A model generated the notes under the pieces. It saw nothing but the letters and a program-made list of their open reading frames with translations. It was not told the origin of the DNA and made no database searches. A DNA stretch of 64,000 nt from assembly GCA_947629005.1 (NCBI GenBank), contig CANRCD010000007.1:17661-81660 (forward strand), written 5' to 3'. Of the stretch, positions 29,951 through 39,266 are shown piece after piece (within the stretch, counting starts at the first letter, position 1; each line of letters starts with the position of its first letter). The position numbers were made by a program, and so were the translations under genes. Source of the stretch: an uncultured Clostridia bacterium. Lineage in GTDB: Bacteria; Bacillota; Clostridia; UMGS1883.

Positions 29951-30909
29951 GAGAGGAAATCGTTTTTTATGACTACGAGTTCAACCCGCTGGGCCGCACA
30001 GTGAACATTACGGACATATACCACAAGGAGCTTTACAACGGTATCGGCTCCTTCGAGGCGGGACTCACCGCCGATGACCCAGCGGCAAGGCTGCTGCTGG
30101 AACGCGACTTCACCGTGGCCGTGTGGGAGAACCGTCAGGCGATAATCACCTCCACCCAGACGGACAACAGCACGGGGGCGTTCCGCGTTTACGGGCGCAC
30201 GCCCAACTGGCTGCTCTCGAAGCGGGCCTGCCCCAACTTCGGCCACAGAAAAGGCACGCCCTTTGAGCTGGCCCACGCGTTGGTGGAAGAGGTTTGGGGG
30301 GACGCTATTGCGGTGGGCCCCGGCAGGGACATAACCGCCGCGACAACCACCTTCTGGCGAAACGTCTACAACCCGCTGAGCGAGGTGGTGGCCGACTGCC
30401 TTGACCGAGCCGGAGGCGGCCACCGCGTGGTTTTTGACACAAAAAAGAAGGAGTGGCGTTTTGAGACTTGGCTCGGCGGCGAAAGCCCCTGCCTTTTCAG
30501 CGAGGACAGGCGCAGCATAAGCACCCAAAGCCTGCGCCGAAGCGTGCTGGACTACTTCAACGGCGGCTTCTACTGCAAGGACGACGAGGACGGCACTTGG
30601 GTGGAAATACCCTCGGATAAAGAGGGAATATACCGATGGACTACCCGATTGGACGGCTCGGGCGAGGACGCGGCCAGAAGCGACCTTATGCGGCGGCGCA
30701 TTGAGGACGAGGGCGATTTTGACGTCCTCGGAGAACCGGACGGAACCTACGCGCTGGGCGATACGGTGAAGGCGCAGCTCTGCTGCGGAAGCTTCAGGAA
30801 AACGCGTGAAATGCGCGTCGCAGCCATCGAGCGTTGGTCCGAACGCGGGAGCAGCGGCGAAAGACCGCTGCTGAAATCTATATACGATAACGAGGGGGCC
30901 AAAGAATGA
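29947..30909 (+). CDS. Tail tip/baseplate hub protein (Gp37/Tal-like)
   Basis: VFYDYEFN..YNGIGSFE..YALGDTV; position after Dit. Confidence 0.65.
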   Translation: MREEIVFYDYEFNPLGRTVNITDIYHKELYNGIGSFEAGLTADDPAARLLLERDFTVAVWENRQAIITSTQTDNSTGAFRVYGRTPNWLLSKRACPNFGHRKGTPFELAHALVEEVWGDAIAVGPGRDITAATTTFWRNVYNPLSEVVADCLDRAGGGHRVVFDTKKKEWRFETWLGGESPCLFSEDRRSISTQSLRRSVLDYFNGGFYCKDDEDGTWVEIPSDKEGIYRWTTRLDGSGEDAARSDLMRRRIEDEGDFDVLGEPDGTYALGDTVKAQLCCGSFRKTREMRVAAIERWSERGSSGERPLLKSIYDNEGAKE

Positions 30910-31754
30910 AATACTATTTCAGCGATAACCGCAGCTACGGCGCGGACGACCTAAAGGCCGCGCTGGGCGTGCTGGTGGCCGCCGGAGGCATAACCGTAAA
31001 TCTGAGCGACTCAGAGAGCTACGACCCGTCGAAGCTGAACGGCCTTATCGGCAGCGCGGTTGCGGCGGGAGTGGTGCCGGAAAACAACGCCAGTTTAAAG
31101 CTTATTAAGAGCGGCGACGGCTACAGCGTAATGCCGGGCAGAGCCGTGTTCTCGGACGGCGGGATAGCCGTGTTGGACGCGAGCGCGCCCGTTGACGCAA
31201 AACCCGGACAGTATGTGTATCTGGCATACAGCGCGGCGTTGGACGACGTTTACTTTATTGCGGAGGACACGGAGCAGACCGAACACGGCGGAGTGCTGCT
31301 GGTGCCGCTGGGCCGCGTGAAACCCGACGGCAGTGTGGAAAACCGCCGCGTTTACGCCCGCGGAAGGGTGCCGGCGCTGGCCTCGGCCAACTGGACGAAC
31401 CTCCGAACGGTGGAGCTTTCGGTGGACGTGTCATCGCTGGGTGCAAACGGGGGATATGTCGAGGCGACGCACGAGATTGACGGCGACATGAATTTCATGC
31501 TGGTGGACGACCACACGCTGATAAGCGTAATGCACACCGGCGCGGAAACGGCCTATCACACGGTAATGCGCTCGACCTCACGCGATACCAGCAACAACAG
31601 AGACTATCTGGGCATAACGCAGACCGTCAACGGCACTGTTCGCGCCACGCTTATCAGCCACGGCAACGGCTATATACGGATGAGGTACTATGTGCCCGGG
31701 CCGGTGAAAACCAAGACGCTGACCTATACCGCTCTGATAGGCATAACCGCATGA
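30906..31754 (+). CDS. Baseplate/receptor-binding protein, last gene of the operon
   Basis: YFSDNRSYGADDL..VMPGRAVFSDG N-terminus; beta-rich C-terminus. Confidence 0.55.
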   Translation: MKYYFSDNRSYGADDLKAALGVLVAAGGITVNLSDSESYDPSKLNGLIGSAVAAGVVPENNASLKLIKSGDGYSVMPGRAVFSDGGIAVLDASAPVDAKPGQYVYLAYSAALDDVYFIAEDTEQTEHGGVLLVPLGRVKPDGSVENRRVYARGRVPALASANWTNLRTVELSVDVSSLGANGGYVEATHEIDGDMNFMLVDDHTLISVMHTGAETAYHTVMRSTSRDTSNNRDYLGITQTVNGTVRATLISHGNGYIRMRYYVPGPVKTKTLTYTALIGITA

Positions 31755-31802
31755 GTGCAGCCTTGAGCATAGCCTTGGTTTAAGGGGGCCGAATCAATGA
31801 GT

Positions 31803-31830
31803 AAAACCCGCTCTGCCGAGCGGGTTTTTT
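31803..31830. terminator. Bidirectional terminator ending the phage-like operon and comF
   Basis: AAAACCCGCTC-TGCC-GAGCGGGTTTTTT. Confidence 0.85.
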
Positions 31831-31871
31831 CTGTGTCAACAAACCTTTGCCGCACTTTCGGGCGCCTTCAA

Positions 31872-32636
31872 TCACCTTGGCGTCAACAGCCCTTCCGTAA
31901 AGGCCGTCTCCACGGAAGGGAACGGCGTCTTGTTTATATCCGTGCCGGAATAACCAAGCCCCGCTCTGGCGACGGCCGCGCCGTACACGCTGCCGCAGCC
32001 CATGCGGCGCAGCAGAGTGCAGCACCATTTCATGGTAGCGCCGGTAGTGATAACGTCGTCCACCACGAGCCATGTCCCGCTCAGCCTTTTCTTAGCGGCG
32101 GGATGGTAAAGCCTTCGGGCATTAGTAAGGCGGCGACTGCGGCTTAGGCCCACCTGATCCTCGCCGCCCTCTATACGCCTGAGAACTCTTCTCACGGGCA
32201 CGTCAAGCAAGCGGCCAAGCTCGCAGGCGATTAGCCTCGCATGATTGTAGCCGCGCTCGCGGCCCGCCTTTCGGCTCTGCGGCACGTATGTAATGCAGTC
32301 GGGCCGAAAGCCGCCCATCTCGTCCGCTATGGCGCGGGCGAAGCAGCGGAAGGCCGCGGGGCGGGAGTAAAACTTCATATTTAAGATTGCGCGGCGGACG
32401 CCGTCGCGATAAGAGAAGGGCACAAAGCACTTTTCATACGGTACGCCGCCGCGGCAGTCGGCACAGTTTGGCATGGCAAACTCGCCGCCCATGGGCGCGG
32501 CGCAGATAGAACATCTTGGGCCGGTGATTTTTGGGAGCCCGTCCTCACAGACAGGACAAAAACCATCCGCGCTCTCCGCCAAGGCGCCACATATAGGGCA
32601 CTTGGGCGGAAACAGCAGCGAAAGCAGCCCCTTCAT
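31872..32636 (-). CDS. comF: ComF family protein (double zinc ribbon + phosphoribosyltransferase domain)
   Basis: LFPPKCPIC..CPVC..CSIC..CADC; RGYNHA; LVVDDVITTGAT. Confidence 0.92.
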   Translation of the reverse strand: MKGLLSLLFPPKCPICGALAESADGFCPVCEDGLPKITGPRCSICAAPMGGEFAMPNCADCRGGVPYEKCFVPFSYRDGVRRAILNMKFYSRPAAFRCFARAIADEMGGFRPDCITYVPQSRKAGRERGYNHARLIACELGRLLDVPVRRVLRRIEGGEDQVGLSRSRRLTNARRLYHPAAKKRLSGTWLVVDDVITTGATMKWCCTLLRRMGCGSVYGAAVARAGLGYSGTDINKTPFPSVETAFTEGLLTPR

Positions 32637-32893
32637 CCCTGAGCCGTCCTGCCCGAGCGCTTCTTAGCGCGGGCGGGGGACTGGCCGGCGTCTCCCTCGC
32701 GGACTATGATATCGCTTAGCTCACAGCCCAGCGCCTCGCAAATTTTGTCCAGATGGTCGAGGTTCACCCTCTCGCACATTTCATGATACATATCGTTTAT
32801 TGTATTCGCCCTTATGCCGGTCTTGCGGGCCAAGTCGGCCTGCGTCCAGCGCTTTTCTCCAAGCCTTGTGGAAAGCATTATCCTTATCGACAT
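32633..32893 (-). CDS. Cro/C1-type (XRE) HTH transcriptional regulator
   Basis: WTQADLARKTGIRANTI..LDKICEALGCELSDII; overlaps comF by 4 nt. Confidence 0.88.
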   Translation of the reverse strand: MSIRIMLSTRLGEKRWTQADLARKTGIRANTINDMYHEMCERVNLDHLDKICEALGCELSDIIVREGDAGQSPARAKKRSGRTAQG

Positions 32894-32954
32894 AAGATTC
32901 TCCCCTTTTTGCTAATTTAGATATATTATAACAAAAAGCGGAGTTTATTTCATA

Positions 32955-32977
32955 TTTTTGATAAATTTTATCAAAAA
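32955..32977. promoter_or_regulatory. Palindromic operator candidate upstream of the HTH-comF operon
   Basis: TTTTTGATAAA-T-TTTATCAAAAA, next to a minus-strand TGnTATAAT promoter. Confidence 0.55.
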
Positions 32978-33188
32978 GTGATATTATTTGTCGAAAAATG
33001 AGCAATCGTGCGCACCGCATTTAATCAGCGGCGACCCAACGGCGCGGCAACCCCACCGGGGAAGGCGGCGCGTCCGCAAAGCGGAGGACGTGTCAGCGCA
33101 GACCGCATAGGCGGCATGATTACACAGCGGAAACCCGCGGAGCGGCGCGGCGGGGCCTACTCGCGGAAGCGTATTGCCCAGCCGAGGC

Positions 33189-33704
33189 TCAATCCTTGAA
33201 AACGTCGATGTTTTCATATATATAGGCCACCCAGCTCAGCAGAGTGAAGCCTGCGGCTATCCACAGCGCGGCGGCGGCCCAAGCGGGGCGGTACTGCTCG
33301 ATAAACACCGAGAACAGCACGGCGAATATCTGCACGTTGGTCTTGATTTTGCCCCACCACGAGGCCGCTATGACCTTGCCCTTATCCACGGCCACAACGC
33401 GCATACAGGTGACGAACAGCTCTCGCGCGATGATTATGGCCGCGGGCCAGACGTTCACCGTGCCGTTTTGCACAAAGCAAAGCAGCGCACCGAAAACGAG
33501 AATTTTATCGGCGAGAGGATCCATTATCTTGCCAAAGGAGGTGACGAGGTTATACTTCCTCGCTATGTAGCCGTCAAAAAAGTCGGTTATGCTCGCCAGA
33601 GCGAACACTATGCCCGCCGCGACCGCGTGGCCCGACAGCATTAACGCCATCGTCACCGGCACAAGAACCAGCCTTATCATTGTTAGCTTGTTTGGTAAAT
33701 TCAT
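33189..33704 (-). CDS. pgsA: CDP-diacylglycerol--glycerol-3-phosphate 3-phosphatidyltransferase
   Basis: NLPNKLT, TDFFDGYIARK..FGKIMDPLADK. Confidence 0.95.
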   Translation of the reverse strand: MNLPNKLTMIRLVLVPVTMALMLSGHAVAAGIVFALASITDFFDGYIARKYNLVTSFGKIMDPLADKILVFGALLCFVQNGTVNVWPAAIIIARELFVTCMRVVAVDKGKVIAASWWGKIKTNVQIFAVLFSVFIEQYRPAWAAAALWIAAGFTLLSWVAYIYENIDVFKD

Positions 33705-35035
33705 TTTTCTTCCTCCTTAAATAGTCCTACCTGCTCTCCGTAGAGGTCATAATCGTCGCTGTCCACGATTTTGACCCACACAAGGCTGCCGGGAAGTATT
33801 TCCTCCCCCGCGCCGAAGTAAATCACAGGGTCCACGTCGGGGCTTTCGCCGCCGCTGCGGCCCTGCCACAGGTTCCCGTCAAAGGTTTCGGCCATGACGA
33901 GGAGCTTTTTGCCTATCATACTTTTCCCGCGCTCGCGCGAGAGCTCACGCGCAAGGGCCATCGCCTCGCCTCGGCGGCGCTCCTTTTCCTCCTCGGGAAG
34001 CTGGCCGCCGAGCTTGGCCGCCGGAGTGCCCTCCTCCTGCGAATAGGCGAAAACGCCCACCCTGTCGAAGCGCGCCTCTCTTATGAGCGACAGCAGATTC
34101 GCGAACTCCTCCTCCGTTTCGCCGGGGAAGCCCGCGATGAGGCTCGTGCGCACGGTAACGCCGGATATCTCCCGCCGCAGGCGCTCCACCAGCGCCAGCG
34201 ACTGCGCCCGCGTGGTATGCCGCCCCATGCGGCGGAGCACGTTGTCGTCGCCGTGCTGGATTGGTATATCAAAATATTTGACGATTTTTTCTTCGTTTTT
34301 AACGGTTTCTATCAGTTCGTCGGTAACAGCCTCGGGATAGCAGTAGTGCAGCCTTATCCACTCCACCCCGCCGACGCGGCAAAGGCGGCGCAGCAGTTCG
34401 GGAAGGGCCCGCTCTCCCCTATCATCCCCGTATCGTGTGACGTCCTGCGCGACTAAGATAAGCTCCTTCACTCCGTCGGCGGCCAGAGCGGCGGCCTCGT
34501 CAAGAATGGCTTCCATGCTTCGGCTGCGGTAACGCCCGCGAATCATGGGAATGGCGCAGTAGGTGCAGCGGTTATCACAGCCCTCGGCGATTTTGAGGTA
34601 CGCCGTGTGCGGCTGCGTGGTGACTATTCTCGGCAGTCCCTCGGGAGCCGAAGCGTCGGCGGGCCTTAGAATGGTCTCCCGCTCGCCCTTGAGGCCCCTC
34701 TCCACCGCGTCGGCGATTTCGTCAAAGGCGGTGGCTCCAATGATAAGGTCTACCTCGGGCAGCTCGCGGCGGATATCCTCGGCGTAGCGCTGGGCAAGAC
34801 AGCCCGCCGCGGCAAGCAGCCGGCAGCGGCCTTTTTTGTATTCGGCCATTTCAAGCAGGGCGTTGATAGACTCCTGCTTGGCGCTGTCGATAAAGGCGCA
34901 GGTATTGACGACTATGGCGTCGGCGAGGGCGGGGTCGTTCACAAGCTCGAAGCCGCGCTCGGCCAGAAGTCCCAGCATATTCTCGCTGTCGCAGAGATTT
35001 TTGTCGCAGCCCAGCGACACAAAGCCTATCGTCAT
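33701..35035 (-). CDS. rimO: Ribosomal protein S12 methylthiotransferase
   Basis: SLGCDKN, NTCAFI, EGCDNRCTYCAIP radical-SAM motif, TRAM domain. Confidence 0.95.
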   Translation of the reverse strand: MTIGFVSLGCDKNLCDSENMLGLLAERGFELVNDPALADAIVVNTCAFIDSAKQESINALLEMAEYKKGRCRLLAAAGCLAQRYAEDIRRELPEVDLIIGATAFDEIADAVERGLKGERETILRPADASAPEGLPRIVTTQPHTAYLKIAEGCDNRCTYCAIPMIRGRYRSRSMEAILDEAAALAADGVKELILVAQDVTRYGDDRGERALPELLRRLCRVGGVEWIRLHYCYPEAVTDELIETVKNEEKIVKYFDIPIQHGDDNVLRRMGRHTTRAQSLALVERLRREISGVTVRTSLIAGFPGETEEEFANLLSLIREARFDRVGVFAYSQEEGTPAAKLGGQLPEEEKERRRGEAMALARELSRERGKSMIGKKLLVMAETFDGNLWQGRSGGESPDVDPVIYFGAGEEILPGSLVWVKIVDSDDYDLYGEQVGLFKEEEK

Positions 35036-35037
35036 GG

Positions 35038-35514
35038 TCAGTCCTCCCATTCAATATCCTGAAAGGCGCTGCGGGCGTTCATCGCGCCCCTTATGTCGGA
35101 GTAAGAAAAGCCGCGCCGCGCAAAGTACGCCACGATGCGCGAACGCTCCTTCGGGTTGCTTAAATCAGCGCCTTGAAAACGGCGGTCCATTATTTCGGCC
35201 ACGCGCTCCGCCCCGTCGGCGGCGAGCCCCTGAGCCAAAGCCTCGTCCACAATGCTCCGGCTGACGCCGCGGCGCAGCAGTTCGCTGCGTATGCGTGCCT
35301 CGCCATGGCCGCGCAGCTTGACGCCGTCGGAAACGTACTTCTCGGCGTAGGCGCGGTCGTCTATGTAGCCGAAGCCCTTCATGGCCTCCACGGCGTCGTC
35401 GGCCTCGTCCGCTCCGTAGCCCTTTTCAAGCAGCTTGTCCCGCAGTTCCTTTTCGGTGCGGTCCTTTACGGCGAGTATTTTAACCGCGCTGTCGCGGCAG
35501 CTCGGCTTTGGCAT
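35038..35514 (-). CDS. recX: Regulatory protein RecX
   Basis: RTEKELRDKL..GYIDDRAYA..RRGFSY. Confidence 0.9.
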   Translation of the reverse strand: MPKPSCRDSAVKILAVKDRTEKELRDKLLEKGYGADEADDAVEAMKGFGYIDDRAYAEKYVSDGVKLRGHGEARIRSELLRRGVSRSIVDEALAQGLAADGAERVAEIMDRRFQGADLSNPKERSRIVAYFARRGFSYSDIRGAMNARSAFQDIEWED

Positions 35515-35525
35515 GGTATCACTCC

Positions 35526-36563
35526 CTAAACAAATTCGGCAAATACGATATTCGCAAGGTCAAGCCCGCGCCGCGTGAGGCGCAGGCGGTTTCCTCTTAT
35601 TTCCAAAAGCCCTTGAGCGGCGAGACGCTCCACCTCGTCGGGGAACTCGCCGAAATATTCCACGCCGCCCGTCTTGCGCAGGCCCAGCCAGAATTTCTCC
35701 CGCAAGAGCTCGTCCTCGTCCACGGCCTCGCGCTCAATTTTCCGCCCGCCGCCCGCAAGGTAAAGGTCGAGGTCGGGGGCGTTCTTGTACCTTTCGCCGC
35801 CGCAGAACGAAGCGGCAGCCGCTCCGATACCCACGTATTCGCCCCCGCTCCAATATTTGAGATTGTGGCGGCACTCGCAGCCCGAACGGGCAAAGTTAGA
35901 TATCTCGTACTGTCCGAGGCCCATGGCCTCGAAGGCTTCTCGGGCCTGATGGTAAAGATCCCGTTCCTCATCCTCGTCGGGGAGGTCGGGGGTGTTTTCG
36001 TAAAACGGCGTGCCTTCCTCAATTATCAGTGAATACGCGCTGACGTGTTCGGGCGAAAGGGCGCGGATACGCGCGAGGCTGCGGCCAAGGCTTTCGGCCG
36101 TCTGCCCCGGGACGGCGAGCATGAGGTCTATATTTATGTTATCGAAGCCCGCCTCGCGGGCCATGAAGAAGGCCTCCTCGGCCTGCGCCGCCGAGTGTAT
36201 GCGCCCGAGGGCGGCAAGCTCGCTGTCAACAAAGCTCTGCACGCCAAGGCTCAGGCGGTTGACGCCTGCTGCGCGCAAGTCGCGCAGCAGCTCGGGCGTA
36301 AGAGTCCCGGGGTTGGCCTCCACGGTGAACTCCTCAGCCTTCGGCAGCGAGCGGCAGAGCAGCGCGAGCTCCTCCCCCATCGCTGTGGGGGTGCCGCCGC
36401 CGACGAACACGGTGTCGAACCGGCAGGAATATTCCGCGAGCTCCTCAAGCAGAGCCGCGCGGTACTTTGAGGCGCGGCCGCGCTCGGTGACGGAGTAGAA
36501 GTCGCAGTAGGAGCATTTTCTAAGGCAGAAGGGGATGTGGACGTAAAGACCGACGCTACTCAT
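35526..36563 (-). CDS. hemW: Radical SAM heme chaperone
   Basis: [35 protein letters not shown]; follows lepA. Confidence 0.92.
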   Translation of the reverse strand: MSSVGLYVHIPFCLRKCSYCDFYSVTERGRASKYRAALLEELAEYSCRFDTVFVGGGTPTAMGEELALLCRSLPKAEEFTVEANPGTLTPELLRDLRAAGVNRLSLGVQSFVDSELAALGRIHSAAQAEEAFFMAREAGFDNINIDLMLAVPGQTAESLGRSLARIRALSPEHVSAYSLIIEEGTPFYENTPDLPDEDEERDLYHQAREAFEAMGLGQYEISNFARSGCECRHNLKYWSGGEYVGIGAAAASFCGGERYKNAPDLDLYLAGGGRKIEREAVDEDELLREKFWLGLRKTGGVEYFGEFPDEVERLAAQGLLEIRGNRLRLTRRGLDLANIVFAEFV

Positions 36564-38361
36564 CAAGCTTCAGCACCGCCATGAAAGCCTCCTGCGGCAA
36601 CTCCACGCTGCCCACCTGCCTCATGCGTTTTTTGCCTTCCTTCTGCTTTTCGAGCAGCTTTTTCTTACGGGTTATGTCGCCGCCGTAGCACTTGGCAAGC
36701 ACGTCCTTGCGCAGGGCCTTGACGGTCTCGCGGGCGATGATCTTCCCGCCCACGGCGGCTTGGATGGGTATTTCGAAAAGCTGGCGCGGAATGGACTCCT
36801 TGAGCTTTTCGGCGATTCTGCGGCCTCGGGCATAACTTTTGGACGAATGGACGATAAAGCTGAGCGCGTCCACCATTTCGCCGTTAAGCAGGATGTCGAG
36901 CTTGACAAGGTCGCTTTTCACGTATCCCATGAACTCGTAGTCAAACGAGGCGTAGCCGCGGCTGCGGCTCTTTAAGGCGTCAAAAAAGTCGTAAATTATT
37001 TCGTTGAGCGGCAGCTCGTAGTGCAGGTCCGCGCGGTCGGCGTCAATATAGGTCATGCCCTTATACACGCCGCGCCGCTCCTGACACAGCTCCATTATCG
37101 AGCCCACATAGTCCTTGGGCGAAAAGATATGCGCCGTCACCACGGGCTCCTCCATATAGTTTACTTCGGCGGGAGAGGGCATATTTGTCGGGTTCGAGAT
37201 AAACACGTCCTCGCCGCTTGTTTTTATCACATGATAGACCACGCTCGGCGCGGTCGTAACAAGGTCAAGATTAAACTCGCGCTCGAGCCTCTCCTGAATT
37301 ATTTCCAAATGCAAAAGTCCCAAGAAGCCGCAGCGGAAACCAAAGCCCAGCGCCGCCGAGGTCTCGGCCTCGAAGGAAAGGGAAGCATCGTTGAGCTGGA
37401 GCTTTTCAAGCGCGTCGCGCAGGTCGTTATACTTAGCGCCGTCGGCGGGGTAAATCCCGCAGAAAACCATAGGGTTCACCTTGCGGTAGCCCTCCAGCGG
37501 CTCGGCGGCGGGGTTGTTCGCGTCGGTAACGGTATCGCCCACCTGCGTGTCGCGCACGGTTTTAATGCTGGCCGCAATGTAACCGACCTCGCCCGCGCTG
37601 AGTTCCTTGGCGCTCTGCATTCCGTTGGGCAGAAGATAGCCCGTCTCCACCACGTCAAACTCGCCGCCGGTAGCCATAAACCGTATTCTCATGCCGGGGC
37701 GGAGCGTCCCCTCCATCACGCGGACGTAAACGATTACGCCGCGGTAGGAGTCGTAGTACGAATCAAAAATCAGCGCGCGCGGCGGGGCCGATGGGTCGCC
37801 CGTTGGAGCGGGAATGTTTTTGACTATATATTCGGGCACCTCCTCTATGTTAATGCCCTGCTTGGCGCTTATTCTGGGGGCGTCCATGGCGGGAATCCCG
37901 ATGACGTCCTCAATCTCGCGGGCAACAACATCGGGGCGGGCGCTGGGGAGGTCGATTTTGTTTATGACCGGCAGGATCTCCAGATTGTGGTCAAGCGCGA
38001 GATAGGTGTTCGCAAGGGTCTGGGCCTCCACGCCCTGAGCCGCGTCCACAACCAGAACCGCTCCCTCGCAGGCCGCGAGAGACCGCGATACCTCGTAATT
38101 GAAGTCCACATGGCCCGGGGTGTCGATAAGGTTTAAGATATATGTCTCGCCGTCCTTCGCCTTGTAGCTCATGCGCACGGCGCGGGCCTTTATGGTTATG
38201 CCGCGCTCCCTTTCAAGCTCCATGTTGTCGAGGAGCTGCTCCTCCATATCGCGGCTCTCCACAACGCCCGTCAGCTCAAGCAGGCGGTCGGCAAGGGTGC
38301 TTTTGCCGTGGTCTATGTGGGCTATTATACTGAAATTGCGAATTTTGTCCTGCATTGCCAT
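36556..38361 (-). CDS. lepA: Elongation factor 4 (start 38361 or 38355)
   Basis: [34 protein letters not shown]. Confidence 0.98.
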   Translation of the reverse strand: MAMQDKIRNFSIIAHIDHGKSTLADRLLELTGVVESRDMEEQLLDNMELERERGITIKARAVRMSYKAKDGETYILNLIDTPGHVDFNYEVSRSLAACEGAVLVVDAAQGVEAQTLANTYLALDHNLEILPVINKIDLPSARPDVVAREIEDVIGIPAMDAPRISAKQGINIEEVPEYIVKNIPAPTGDPSAPPRALIFDSYYDSYRGVIVYVRVMEGTLRPGMRIRFMATGGEFDVVETGYLLPNGMQSAKELSAGEVGYIAASIKTVRDTQVGDTVTDANNPAAEPLEGYRKVNPMVFCGIYPADGAKYNDLRDALEKLQLNDASLSFEAETSAALGFGFRCGFLGLLHLEIIQERLEREFNLDLVTTAPSVVYHVIKTSGEDVFISNPTNMPSPAEVNYMEEPVVTAHIFSPKDYVGSIMELCQERRGVYKGMTYIDADRADLHYELPLNEIIYDFFDALKSRSRGYASFDYEFMGYVKSDLVKLDILLNGEMVDALSFIVHSSKSYARGRRIAEKLKESIPRQLFEIPIQAAVGGKIIARETVKALRKDVLAKCYGGDITRKKKLLEKQKEGKKRMRQVGSVELPQEAFMAVLKLDE

Positions 38362-38470
38362 CTTCTCCGTTTTTTCATATAAAATTATTGTACCACAACC
38401 GCCGCCAAAATGCAAGCCCATTTTCTGTTGATGAGCTCGGCGGGCAAAATAAAAAATTTTAAAAAAGGGG

Positions 38471-38499
38471 TTGACAAGCTCTCGTTATTATGCTATAAT
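38471..38499 (+). promoter_or_regulatory. sigma-A promoter of tRNA-Ala
   Basis: TTGACA-17bp-TATAAT with an extended TG. Confidence 0.85.
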
Positions 38500-38519
38500 A
38501 ACCCTCGGTTGACAAACAC

Positions 38520-38595
<76 letters not shown>

Positions 38596-38599
38596 ACGG

Positions 38600-38634
38600 A
38601 AAACGGCTTGAAGTTTAAGCTTCAAGCCGTTTTT
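38600..38634. terminator. Bidirectional terminator (tRNA / cob operon)
   Basis: AAAACGGCTTGAAG-TTTAAG-CTTCAAGCCGTTTT. Confidence 0.85.
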
Positions 38635-38756
38635 GCTTTTACTCTGTAAATTTATTTTACATGACCTGTGTATTGCCGGCCTCGGCGTGGACGCTCCGAC
38701 GGCACGTAGTCGGCGGTCAAGGGCTTTCCGCGGCCCTCACGAGGATAAAGAGCCTT

Positions 38757-39266
38757 TCAATATTCAATGCCCAAGCGGGCCTTTACTCCTTTTTTAAACG
38801 GGTGCCTCACAGCATTAATTTCGCTTATATAGTCCGCTGCGTCGAGGAACTTTTGCACTGGGCGGCGGCCCGTGAGCACAAGCTCGATTTTGCCGGCGTT
38901 TTCCAGCACAATCCCGTCAGCGGTATCGCGGTCGAGAAGGCCGTGGCGGTAGGCGGAATTGAACTCGTCTAAAATCAGCATATCAAGCGCGGGCAAAAGC
39001 CCCGCAGCCCCGCAAAGGAGGGCGTTATGCCGGTCGGTTATCTCCGCCCTGACGGCCGCCGTCATAGCCGCCGGAAAGCCGTAGTCACGTTCGAGACGGC
39101 TGAGGGTTATTTCCGGAATTTTGGCCAGAGCCGCCAGCTCCGACGTGGGCCTCCCCTTCATTAGCTGGACAATGTGCACTCTCATGCCCGCGCCTGCGGC
39201 CCGCAGGGCCAGCCCGAGGGCGGCGGTGGTTTTGCCCTTACCGTCGCCGCAATATATTTGCAGCAT
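38757..39266 (-). CDS. cobO: Cob(I)yrinic acid a,c-diamide adenosyltransferase
   Basis: YCGDGKGKTTAALG, LILDE, LVLTGR and GIEY motifs. Confidence 0.92.
   Translation of the reverse strand: MLQIYCGDGKGKTTAALGLALRAAGAGMRVHIVQLMKGRPTSELAALAKIPEITLSRLERDYGFPAAMTAAVRAEITDRHNALLCGAAGLLPALDMLILDEFNSAYRHGLLDRDTADGIVLENAGKIELVLTGRRPVQKFLDAADYISEINAVRHPFKKGVKARLGIEY

Larger units (their letters stand above)
20001..31830 (+). mobile_element. Domesticated siphovirus head-tail operon (GTA-like or defective prophage; A118/SPP1-like structural genes)
   Basis: 16 contiguous co-oriented ORFs from promoter to terminator; no integrase, replication or lysis gene recognisable. Confidence 0.85.

Noticed and set aside
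20001-31830. Complete temperate prophage, PICI/satellite or tailocin
   Set aside because: No integrase, repressor, primase/replication or lysis genes, which argues against prophage or PICI. Capsid, portal and terminase are present, which argues against a tailocin. A defective-prophage relic cannot be excluded from one genome.
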